A DNA stretch of 64,000 nt from Candidatus Nitrosopelagicus sp. (lineage in GTDB: Archaea > Thermoproteota > Nitrososphaeria > Nitrososphaerales > Nitrosopumilaceae): NCBI GenBank assembly GCA_028344575.1, contig JAOMBO010000005.1:780-64779 (forward strand). Reading direction: 5' to 3'. The notes beneath the pieces were generated by a model. The model made no database searches. It was not told the origin of the DNA and saw only the letters and a list, made by a program, of their open reading frames with translations. Shown piece after piece: positions 29,377 to 37,699 of the stretch. Made by a program: the position numbers and the translations under genes. Position 1 is the first letter of the stretch, and every line of letters begins with the position of its first letter.

Positions 29377-30861
29377 ATGATGATCGAACTAACTTCTACT
29401 CCAATAATCATAATGGTAATTCTTGGTATCGCAGGAATGATAATTCCTGTAATCAATGTTGTAAGAAAAGAACAGGGTAGTTCAACATTTTATGGATTAA
29501 TTGCATTTGGTGCATTACTTCTATCTCTTGGTTATGTAATTTACCGATTCTATACAGACTCTGTTGCAGATGCCGCTATCTTCTCCAGTGATGTTTTAGT
29601 CGATGATGGATTTGGTTCATTCTTTGCAATTGCAATGCTCATTGTATCAATAATGGCAGTTGCTGGTTCTTTCAATTACATGAGAGATAAATCAAATCCT
29701 GCAATTTACTTCTCATTAATTTTACTTTCAAGTATTGGTATGGTCTTGATTGCATTCTCAACAGACCTGGTTATGTTATTTGTAGCATGGGAGTTGATGA
29801 GTATTCCAACATACATCCTTGCAGGGTATAACAAGAAAGATCCATCATCAAACGAAGCTGCTATCAAGTACTTTTTGTTTGGAGCACTATCTTCTGGAAT
29901 TATCATATATGGTATCTCACTTGCATACGGAATTACCGGTTCTACAAACATCGGTGATGTCATTTACGGATTCTCAAATCTATCTCCAGACATGCTTCCG
30001 ATTGGCTTACTTGCAGTTGGTATGTTTATTGCTGGATTTGGATTCAAAATGGGGCTTGTTCCATTCCACATGTGGCTACCAGATACATACGAAGGTGCAC
30101 CAACACCAATTACTGCATTACTAGCTGCAGGAACCAAAAAAGCAGGATTTGCTGCTGCATTAAGAGTTGTAATTATGGGTGCTGCGGCGCTAAACCTTGA
30201 CTGGACATTAGCGCTAGGAGTAATTGCCATAATGACGATGACTATTGGTAACGTTGCAGCAATCATGCAAAAGAATCTCACAAGAATGCTTGCATACTCA
30301 AGTATTGGTCATGCAGGTTACATCTTAATTGGTATCTCACTTGCGCCGTTCAGCGGATTAGGATTACAGGCATCATTATTCCACATTCTAAATCATGCTG
30401 TAATGAAAGGTGCAGCATTTATCGCAATAGCAGGAATTGTCACAACACTTGGAATTGTACATTTAGATAAAATTAAAGGACTAGGTAGAAAAATGCCAAT
30501 TACCGCATTTGGTCTTGTTATCTCATTACTTGCTTTAGCTGGTGTACCGCCACTTAATGGATTCTGGAGTAAACTTATGCTGTTTGGTTCTGCCATTGAT
30601 GCAACAAGCGTTGTTTGGTGGGCTCCATGGCTTGCAATAGCTGGAGTATTGAACAGTGCATTATCTCTAGCATACTATGGTTGGATTATACGAAAGATGT
30701 ACTTTGAAGGTGAAACAGAAAAACGTGTCAAAGAACCTGCATCAATTGTAGGTGTAATGATATTCTCTGTAATCTTTATGGTAACAATTGGTGTATACCC
30801 AGAACCAATAATACAATTTGTAGAAATGATTACGCCTTCAATGACTGCAGTTATGCCTTAA
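29377..30861 (+). CDS. nuoN: Complex I subunit N
   Basis: SNEAAIKYF, FKMGLVPFHMWLPDTYEGAP, RMLAYSSIGHAGY. Confidence 0.94.
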   Translation: MMIELTSTPIIIMVILGIAGMIIPVINVVRKEQGSSTFYGLIAFGALLLSLGYVIYRFYTDSVADAAIFSSDVLVDDGFGSFFAIAMLIVSIMAVAGSFNYMRDKSNPAIYFSLILLSSIGMVLIAFSTDLVMLFVAWELMSIPTYILAGYNKKDPSSNEAAIKYFLFGALSSGIIIYGISLAYGITGSTNIGDVIYGFSNLSPDMLPIGLLAVGMFIAGFGFKMGLVPFHMWLPDTYEGAPTPITALLAAGTKKAGFAAALRVVIMGAAALNLDWTLALGVIAIMTMTIGNVAAIMQKNLTRMLAYSSIGHAGYILIGISLAPFSGLGLQASLFHILNHAVMKGAAFIAIAGIVTTLGIVHLDKIKGLGRKMPITAFGLVISLLALAGVPPLNGFWSKLMLFGSAIDATSVVWWAPWLAIAGVLNSALSLAYYGWIIRKMYFEGETEKRVKEPASIVGVMIFSVIFMVTIGVYPEPIIQFVEMITPSMTAVMP

Positions 30862-31702
30862 ACTCTGTAAAACTTACTAATTCTTCCAAGTTGTGTTTTG
30901 AATCAGAATCTTTTACTTTTCTTAGACTTTCAAGAGCTTTTTGCGAATAAGATTTCAATAACTCTTCCATCTTGTTGAATACAACTCTAGGATCTGAACT
31001 CTTCTTAACTAGTAAATTAAATAATTTATCTTCATTTTTCCAATCCATCAAATCATCTTTAATTTGATATGCAATTCCAATATTTTTTCCATACTCTGCT
31101 AATCCTGAGATTTCTTCCTCACTTCCGCCTCCAATCACTGCTCCTAGTTTGGCTGCCATCTCAAAGGCAGTTGCGGTCTTGTAATCCATTACCTTGATGT
31201 AATCTTCAAATGTTACATCTTCACTTTCTTCTAGTTTTCCTTCTAACACTTCTCCTTCACTCATGAGCATTGCAGCTGTAGCCAAATCTTTGGTAACTCG
31301 TGCTTTATCTAATCTAGATGAAATGTTTAGAATTAATCCTAAAACAAAGTCTCCTGTTAGAACACTAGTATTGTATCCATATTTGATATGGAATGGATCT
31401 TTGTGTCTTCTCTGAGTTTCATTATCAATAATATCATCATGTATGACTGATTCTGTATGGAGCAGTTCAATTGCACATGCTCCTGCATACACATTCTCAT
31501 CAATCTCTCCTACACATTCGGCTGCCAAAAGTGAGATTATTGGTCTGATTCGTTTTCCACCGTCTAATGCATATTTTAGAGGTTCACAAAATTCTGATTC
31601 TGAGTATAGTTCTAACTCATTTTGTAAAGCTGAATCAATTTTCTCGATGTACTTGCTGTACACTTCCAAAAGCGGATTAATTTCTATATTTTTTCTGTCC
31701 AA
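30851..31702 (-). CDS. Polyprenyl (geranylgeranyl) diphosphate synthase
   Basis: GGKRIRP, IHDDIID (FARM), YKTA, QIKDDLMD (SARM). Confidence 0.9.
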   Translation of the reverse strand: MDRKNIEINPLLEVYSKYIEKIDSALQNELELYSESEFCEPLKYALDGGKRIRPIISLLAAECVGEIDENVYAGACAIELLHTESVIHDDIIDNETQRRHKDPFHIKYGYNTSVLTGDFVLGLILNISSRLDKARVTKDLATAAMLMSEGEVLEGKLEESEDVTFEDYIKVMDYKTATAFEMAAKLGAVIGGGSEEEISGLAEYGKNIGIAYQIKDDLMDWKNEDKLFNLLVKKSSDPRVVFNKMEELLKSYSQKALESLRKVKDSDSKHNLEELVSFTEFKA

Positions 31703-31754
31703 AAATTATCTAATCAAAATTTTCTGAAATAACATATTAAACTTTAGAATTGAA

Positions 31755-31829
31755 TGCTCCCGTCGGGATTCGAACCCGAGTCTCAGGCGTGAAAGGCCTA
31801 AATGCTTGACCGGACTACACTACAGGAGC
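31755..31829 (-). tRNA. tRNA-Glu(TTC)
   Basis: Reverse complement GCTCCTG...CGGGAGCA; anticodon arm TAGGC-CTTTCAC-GCCTG. Confidence 0.95.
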
Positions 31830-31907
31830 TTAAAATTCCGGCTCTTCTAATCCATAAAACTTTTTGTAATCACAAGCTTTTTTATCCTAATTCCAAGAAT
31901 ATCATTC

Positions 31908-32543
31908 ATGGGTTCTCTAATCAAACGAATCGATCAAATCATTGAAGACAAAAGTTTACTCAAACATCCATTTTACGAAATGTGGTCTGATGGTAAACTG
32001 GAACTAGATTCACTCAAAGGCTACTCTAAAGAGTACTATCAACTAGTGAAACAGGTTCCGCAATTCATGCAACCAATGGTAAATGATGCATCTTCTGATA
32101 TGAAAGATGAGTTAATTCAGAACATGAACGAAGAATCAGAGCACATTCCTCTATGGGAGAAATTTGCAGGTTCTATGGGAATTTCTGAATCCGAACTACA
32201 AGGCTATGAAGGTCTTGAGAAAACCAAAAGAGCAGTATCCAATTTAGGCTCACTTATGGACTCCTTTGATAATGGTGCATGTGCAATGTATGCATTTGAA
32301 AAAGAAATTCCTAAAGTAAGTCAAACCAAATTAGAAGGATTGAAAGAATTCTATGGCATTGATACAAAAGATGCAATTGAATACTTTGAAGAACACATGA
32401 CTGCGGACATTAGACATGCAGCATCCTGGCAAAAAATCATCGATAATACATCTGTAGATGACTCAGTGATGCTATCAACAGCCGAAAAATCTGTTGCAGC
32501 ACAAAATCTATTGTTAGACAGTTGTTACGAGTCTTACTGCTAA
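31908..32543 (+). CDS. PqqC/TenA-like heme-oxygenase-fold protein (CADD/CT610 type, possible pABA synthase)
   Basis: LLKHPFYEMWSDG, NMNEESEH, YAFEKEIP, YFEEHMTADIRH dimetal motifs. Confidence 0.8.
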   Translation: MGSLIKRIDQIIEDKSLLKHPFYEMWSDGKLELDSLKGYSKEYYQLVKQVPQFMQPMVNDASSDMKDELIQNMNEESEHIPLWEKFAGSMGISESELQGYEGLEKTKRAVSNLGSLMDSFDNGACAMYAFEKEIPKVSQTKLEGLKEFYGIDTKDAIEYFEEHMTADIRHAASWQKIIDNTSVDDSVMLSTAEKSVAAQNLLLDSCYESYC

Positions 32544-32581
32544 TCTAACACTTTTTACTAAGTTGAAATTATTTTTTTCTA

Positions 32582-32655
32582 GGGCCCGTAACTCAGCCTA
32601 GTAGAGTACTCGGCTCATAACCGAGGAGCCATGGGATCGAAGCCCATCGGGCCCA
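32582..32655 (+). tRNA. tRNA with CAT anticodon (probably tRNA-Ile2 rather than Met)
   Basis: GGGCCCG/CGGGCCC-A acceptor, arm CTCGG-CTCATAA-CCGAG. The GGGCCC start resembles archaeal Ile2, not initiator (A1:U72, three G-C anticodon pairs). Confidence 0.88.
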
Positions 32656-32690
32656 CTAAAATTTTAATTCCAGCTAATTGTTATTGAATT

Positions 32691-32753
32691 GGCTGCAATG
32701 AAGAATCAGAGTTATACCTGATTAATGATGTAAAGGCATTTGACTGAGCTGCC
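32691..32753 (+). ncRNA. Box C/D 2'-O-methylation guide sRNA, predicted 23S rRNA targets
   Basis: C box ATGAAGA 32698-32704, guide ATCAGAGTTATAC, D' CTGA 32718-32721, C' ATGATGT 32725-32731, guide AAAGGCATTTGA, D CTGA 32744-32747; terminal stem GGCTGC/GCTGCC (5/6 paired). Confidence 0.85.
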
Positions 32754-32757
32754 CCTT

Positions 32758-33360
32758 TTACTTTATTCTGTCTTGAACCTGCTTTAGTACGTCTTCTGAG
32801 ATTAATTTCTGCTCAAATAGATTTTCTGCAATATCCTTGATAGTCAAAAGACTGTGAAGTTTGACACCTTCATTTTGTAGTGCTTCTGTTGCACCCTCCA
32901 TTCTATCAACTACTGCATACGCATCAGTCACTATCATCTTTTCTTCTTTGATTGATTTTACCGCGTTAATTACAGAGCCACCACTTGTTACAACATCTTC
33001 AATCATTAACAATTTCATGTCGTGGCAAATTACACCTTCAACTGCTTTTCCTGTTCCATGTTCTTTTGGTTTATCTCTAACGTAGATGAGTGGCTTTAGA
33101 ATTTCAGTTGCAAGTGATGCTGCAACTACTAGTCCACCTGTTGGAACAGAAACTAGCGAGTGAAAGTTTTCAAATCCTATATCTTCTGCAATCAAGTTTT
33201 GCAATCCCTTGATCATTTTTCTATAATATATGGGAAAGCTTGGAACTAGTCTAAGATCGATATAGTAAGGGCTTTTTTTCCCGCTTGCTAATGTGAAATC
33301 TCCAAATCTGATGATCTTTTTTTCATAAAGAAATGCTGAAAATTCTTTAGCAAATTCCAT
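32758..33360 (-). CDS. pyrE: Orotate phosphoribosyltransferase
   Basis: FGDFTLASGKKSPYYIDLR, KEHG, MIEDVVTSGGS PRPP loop. Confidence 0.95.
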   Translation of the reverse strand: MEFAKEFSAFLYEKKIIRFGDFTLASGKKSPYYIDLRLVPSFPIYYRKMIKGLQNLIAEDIGFENFHSLVSVPTGGLVVAASLATEILKPLIYVRDKPKEHGTGKAVEGVICHDMKLLMIEDVVTSGGSVINAVKSIKEEKMIVTDAYAVVDRMEGATEALQNEGVKLHSLLTIKDIAENLFEQKLISEDVLKQVQDRIK

Positions 33361-33413
33361 ACTGAATATTGTACAATTGTATTCAATATATGTTAGGGAC
33401 AGGCAAAAACTGA

Positions 33414-35375
33414 CTATCTTCTTCTGTCATTTTTGATGACATTTGTCTTTGTTCCATCAGTGACATGTTCCATCTGGTTTGAAACATTGTCTGTACCTAA
33501 AATTTTGTCCCATGCCTCAGGGTGGAGCGCTTGTGACTCTGCTATGTACTCTAAAAGTTTCTCATATTGATCTGATTGTTTTACTTTGAGATGATATCTA
33601 GCATCTCTTTCTTCTTGTGTCTCAATTTTTGGTTCTTCTTTATTCAGCTCCTCAATTGGAATCGCATTGCCATCTACTGCTGCAAAAATTGTATCTTCGG
33701 TTCCATTTACTGCAAATACGAAATGAATGTCTTCATCTTGTTTTGGTATAGTGTTTGCCTTTTCTATCTTGCCTGGAAATTCTGGCATTTCAGAAATTGG
33801 TCTGTCTACTACCTTTAATGCGTCTTTAAAGTAAACCAACTCATAATTTCTAATATGATCAACTACCTGTATTGCAACATGTGATGTCTCCATCGGTTTT
33901 GTAAACATTAGACTAAATGTTATGTCTAAAAATTCTAAACCTTGATTATCGCCATACGGATCTTTTACTATCTCTGTTGATGCTTGCGCTAGAAACAACT
34001 TGTTTTCGTCATGTATGGTGATACTGTCATTTCTGATGTCATATTCAATGTACGCCTCACTGTCTTGCCAGTTCGGCTTTGCTTCCTGCATGTCAAGGTA
34101 TGCTATTGCCAAGAAAATTTTCTCAGGTCCCATGTTTTCCCATGCTCTTGCCTTGATTGTCGTTAGTTCTCCTATGCCTATCTCGACAGTTGGATTTTCA
34201 TTGTAAAATTTCTGATTTTCTTCAAAAATTACATTGTTTATTGAAAATCCATCAGGTGTCTCAGAAATTCCGTGCTTTGTAATTCTAGGGGCAGTACAGT
34301 CTCTGTCAAAACCACATGCTCCACTTCGTTTCTTACTTTCAGTAGATGTTTCAGTAGATGTTTCAGTAGATGTTACACTAATCACTGAAACGGTATCATC
34401 TCCTTTGTTTACAACATACATTCTATTATTTACAGGATCAAACACTATGTCATGTGGTGAATCTCCTACTGGTACAGTTGCAATTACTGAATTAGTTGCA
34501 GTATCAATCACTGAAACGGTACTTGAAGATAAACTACCGTTTGGAACATACATTCTATTGTTTGTTGAATCAAATCCAGGTGAGACCCAAGGCACATCTC
34601 CTACTGATACAGTTGCAATTACTGAATTAGTTGCAGTATCAATCACTGAAACTGTACTTGAAGATAAACTACCGTTTAGAACATACATTCTATTGTTTGC
34701 TGAATCAAATCCAGGTGAGACCCAAGGCACATCTCCTACTGATACAGTTGCAATTACTGAATTAGTTGCAGTATCAATCACTGAAACGGTATCATCAACA
34801 ATATTTGTAACATACATTCTATTGTTTGTTGAATCAAACGCTATGCCATTGGGATTTTCTCCTACTGATACAGTTGCAATTACTGAATTAGTTGCAGTAC
34901 TAATCACTGAAACTGTATTATCATTATAATTTGTGACATACATTCTATTGTTTGCTGAATCAAACGCAAGAGACTGAGGTCTTTCCCCTACGTCTATCTT
35001 CGCAGATATGGAATTATCTGCAGTGTTCAGAACCATAACCGCGTCTTCTAGAAACCTCCAGTTACCAATTAGGAAATACATTCTATTATTTGCTGAATCA
35101 AACGCTATACTATGAGGAGTATTTCCGTTACCACCTGCACCTGCTGCAGAAACGGTTTCTATAACTTCATTCGTTGCAGTATCAATCACTGAAATGTTAT
35201 CATCTCCCCAGTTTAGAACATACATTCTATTGTTTTCTGAATCAAACGCAATGGATCTAGGTGTATCCCCTACAGTTATTGTTGCAATTACAGTATTATC
35301 TTCTGCAAATGCATCATCAACTAATACTGGAATGACAAATGGCAGCAACAAAAGAACAAAAAATACGGCTCTCAT
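33414..35375 (-). CDS. Secreted/surface YVTN (YncE-like) beta-propeller protein with conserved downstream domain
   Basis: Signal peptide ending AFA; seven P..(I/L)(A/G)FDS.NNRMYV.N....VSVIDTATNSVIAT blades; TSTE linker; domain shared with the next gene. Confidence 0.9.
   Translation of the reverse strand: MRAVFFVLLLLPFVIPVLVDDAFAEDNTVIATITVGDTPRSIAFDSENNRMYVLNWGDDNISVIDTATNEVIETVSAAGAGGNGNTPHSIAFDSANNRMYFLIGNWRFLEDAVMVLNTADNSISAKIDVGERPQSLAFDSANNRMYVTNYNDNTVSVISTATNSVIATVSVGENPNGIAFDSTNNRMYVTNIVDDTVSVIDTATNSVIATVSVGDVPWVSPGFDSANNRMYVLNGSLSSSTVSVIDTATNSVIATVSVGDVPWVSPGFDSTNNRMYVPNGSLSSSTVSVIDTATNSVIATVPVGDSPHDIVFDPVNNRMYVVNKGDDTVSVISVTSTETSTETSTESKKRSGACGFDRDCTAPRITKHGISETPDGFSINNVIFEENQKFYNENPTVEIGIGELTTIKARAWENMGPEKIFLAIAYLDMQEAKPNWQDSEAYIEYDIRNDSITIHDENKLFLAQASTEIVKDPYGDNQGLEFLDITFSLMFTKPMETSHVAIQVVDHIRNYELVYFKDALKVVDRPISEMPEFPGKIEKANTIPKQDEDIHFVFAVNGTEDTIFAAVDGNAIPIEELNKEEPKIETQEERDARYHLKVKQSDQYEKLLEYIAESQALHPEAWDKILGTDNVSNQMEHVTDGTKTNVIKNDRRR
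34337..34372. repeat. 12-bp coding tandem repeat x3 (TSTE linker)
   Basis: TTTCAGTAGATG three exact copies. Confidence 0.9.
34380..34965. repeat. Near-identical 126-135 bp tandem repeats encoding propeller blades
   Basis: ACAGTTGCAATTACTGAATTAGTTGCAGTA recurs at 34474, 34609, 34744 and 34870 (spacings 135, 135, 126). Confidence 0.92.
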
Positions 35376-35400
35376 GGTAACCTCCTAGTATCGAGTTCTC

Positions 35401-37644
35401 TTACTTAAACAGATCAAATAGCCAGTCAAAAAATCCCTTTTTCTCTTTTTTCTCAGGCTCAAGTTCTGCTGGCTCAGGCTCGTATGTTTCTTCTACTAGA
35501 GGAAATGACTTTTGATTATCAGGAACTAACACGAATCCTGTTTCAATTATTCTTGGTTTAGGTTCTGATTGAATCTCTAGAACTATTTGTTCAAATCTTT
35601 CTTGTGTAATTCCAATTCCTTCCCAGAACTTATAATTTGAATAGTTTTCATCAAACCAATCCTTGTATTCAGTTTCTGTGATGTATCGTTTCACGTAATG
35701 TTTAGCTGGCATATTCTCATCAACAAATTCTAGAACAGTTTTTTCATTTATTGTAGTAAGCATTACTTCAGGTTCAGGTTGTTTTACTGGTGGCTCAGGT
35801 TGTTTTACTGGTGGCTCAGGTTCTGGTATTTCTTCTGGTATTACTTCAGGTTGTGACTCAGGAACCTCTTCAGGTACAACTTCTGGAACCTCTTCAACTT
35901 GTACAATCTCTTTTGGTAAAATTTCTAAAGCATTTTCAAAGTATACCAAATCATAGTTTGGTATATGGTCAATGGTCTGAATTCCAATATGAGATGATTC
36001 CATTGGTTTTGCAAAGATTATGGTAAATGTAATGTCTAGCAATTCTAAGGCTGGATTGTCTCCGTATGGGTCTTCAATTCTTTCAGTTACAGCTCCTACA
36101 GCTGAAAAAATCTTATCCTTGTCATACACTTTGAACTCATCTTGTTGAATTGAAAATTCTATGTTTGCAGTAGAATCTCTCCAGTCAGGCTTGTCATCAT
36201 GCATTGCAAGATATGCAATTGCCAAGTAAATTTTGTCAGTTCCCATATTTTCCCATGTTCTAATCTTGATGGTTACCGGTTCTCCAACTGTTCCTTGTAT
36301 GGTTGGATTTTTGTTGTATCGTTCCTGATTTTCTTCAAAAACATTATCATTTATGGAAAATCCATCTGGAGTTTCTGATTCACCATGGTTTGTAATTCTT
36401 GGTGGAGTACAATCTCTGTCAAAACCACACGCTCCACTTCGGTCTTTTGCAGTTACTGGATCATCACAATTTTTTGTTGTTGAATTTTCCTCACAATTTA
36501 ATATCAGATATGTACTAGGACTGTTTTGTGTAGCATAGGATGCTGCCGCCCAATCTGCTGAACGAATACCGTATGAAATTCTAAATTCATCTAAATCTCC
36601 TTGTAATTCATTATTTACTTTAGTTGAACTATCAATATCCGCACCAAGCGCAAAATTACCATTTGCTCTAGGTCCTCTATTTCCACTAGTTCCGGACACT
36701 TCTTCAGCTAATTCACCATCTTGGTAAATCTTACTTGAACCACCAGGATTATAGACTATCATCAAATGTGTCCAATCTGATGTTGCAGCATCTACATCTG
36801 AATCTAATAGAGTATTTCCTCTTACATTCATGTTTAGAGTTCCAACTTTGAATAATACAAATTCGTTATCCTGTCCTCCTGCTCTATATCCAAAAAAGTC
36901 CATGTTGTTTAGATCTGAATGATCACTTTGCACTTTAGCCCAAAACTCTACTGTTACATCGTTATCAGTTGTACCTCCTCCATTTCCTGGCCAATTATTT
37001 ACACCATTTGTCCAAATGAAATCTCCACTACCATCATTTTTGAAACCTCCTTGTGTTGGACCATCAAAGCTTTGTCCATATCCAATCTTTCCTTCTGCTC
37101 GTGTCGGTCGTCTGTCTTCATCTTGTGTCTTATCGCCTTCTCCTCCACCTGTTCCGTCATTTGCATTATCTGATACATCATAAAACTCGTTTTCAGTTCC
37201 TGTTGATGTTTGATTTAGATGGTAAACTAATCTGTAATTATCATCCCAAACACTAGATGCATCAATTTCTTCTACTCCTTTGTAGTAAATGTAAATGTCA
37301 GTTCCTGTTGATGCTGAAAGTGTAGGTATCTTAACCCAGGCAATTACCTCTCCCGTAGAAGTATTGTATCTCTCTATTTCATGTGCAAGTCTTGTTGTTC
37401 CGTCATTTGTGGTAAATATGATATCGGTTCCATCACTCTCTGTCGCTTTGATAAAATCTGAATCAGTTACAGATACTAGTACTGGAAAATTTGATAAATC
37501 TGAACTAATTTCACTATTCAATGAAATTTCTATCTTTTTTCTATATTCCCATGAAGTACTATACCAATCAGCTGCAAATGCATCATCAACTAATGTTGGA
37601 ATGATAAATGGTAACACAAGAATAGCTAAAAGAAGTACACGCAA
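35401..37644 (-). CDS. Secreted/surface protein: DUF2341-like + LamG/ConA-like domains, shared conserved domain, Pro/Glu-rich linker
   Basis: Signal peptide ending AFA; WY..SWEYRKKI..LSNFPVLV..DIIFT..L.HEIE..AWVKIP (DUF2341-like); GDLDEFRISYGIRSADW LamG end; basic/aromatic amphipathic C-terminus KKGFFDWLFDLFK. Confidence 0.85.
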   Translation of the reverse strand: MRVLLLAILVLPFIIPTLVDDAFAADWYSTSWEYRKKIEISLNSEISSDLSNFPVLVSVTDSDFIKATESDGTDIIFTTNDGTTRLAHEIERYNTSTGEVIAWVKIPTLSASTGTDIYIYYKGVEEIDASSVWDDNYRLVYHLNQTSTGTENEFYDVSDNANDGTGGGEGDKTQDEDRRPTRAEGKIGYGQSFDGPTQGGFKNDGSGDFIWTNGVNNWPGNGGGTTDNDVTVEFWAKVQSDHSDLNNMDFFGYRAGGQDNEFVLFKVGTLNMNVRGNTLLDSDVDAATSDWTHLMIVYNPGGSSKIYQDGELAEEVSGTSGNRGPRANGNFALGADIDSSTKVNNELQGDLDEFRISYGIRSADWAAASYATQNSPSTYLILNCEENSTTKNCDDPVTAKDRSGACGFDRDCTPPRITNHGESETPDGFSINDNVFEENQERYNKNPTIQGTVGEPVTIKIRTWENMGTDKIYLAIAYLAMHDDKPDWRDSTANIEFSIQQDEFKVYDKDKIFSAVGAVTERIEDPYGDNPALELLDITFTIIFAKPMESSHIGIQTIDHIPNYDLVYFENALEILPKEIVQVEEVPEVVPEEVPESQPEVIPEEIPEPEPPVKQPEPPVKQPEPEVMLTTINEKTVLEFVDENMPAKHYVKRYITETEYKDWFDENYSNYKFWEGIGITQERFEQIVLEIQSEPKPRIIETGFVLVPDNQKSFPLVEETYEPEPAELEPEKKEKKGFFDWLFDLFK

Positions 37645-37699
37645 GAGATCTGAATTTTCGCAAAGCTGTATTTATTTTAGTTCATTTTATTGATTAATC

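Noticed and set aside
20197-30861. Missing nuoEFG and M-before-L gene order as novelty
   Set aside because: Established features of thaumarchaeal complex I operons.
34234-34929. 231-aa + strand repetitive ORF
   Set aside because: Antisense shadow of the YVTN repeats.
34380-34965. Regularly spaced repeats as a possible CRISPR array
   Set aside because: Periods are 126-135 bp (multiples of 3), inter-repeat sequence is also repeated, all in frame within a propeller CDS; no cas genes.
33414-37644. Diversity-generating retroelement template/variable repeat pair
   Set aside because: No reverse transcriptase in the window and differences between repeat copies are not adenine-specific.
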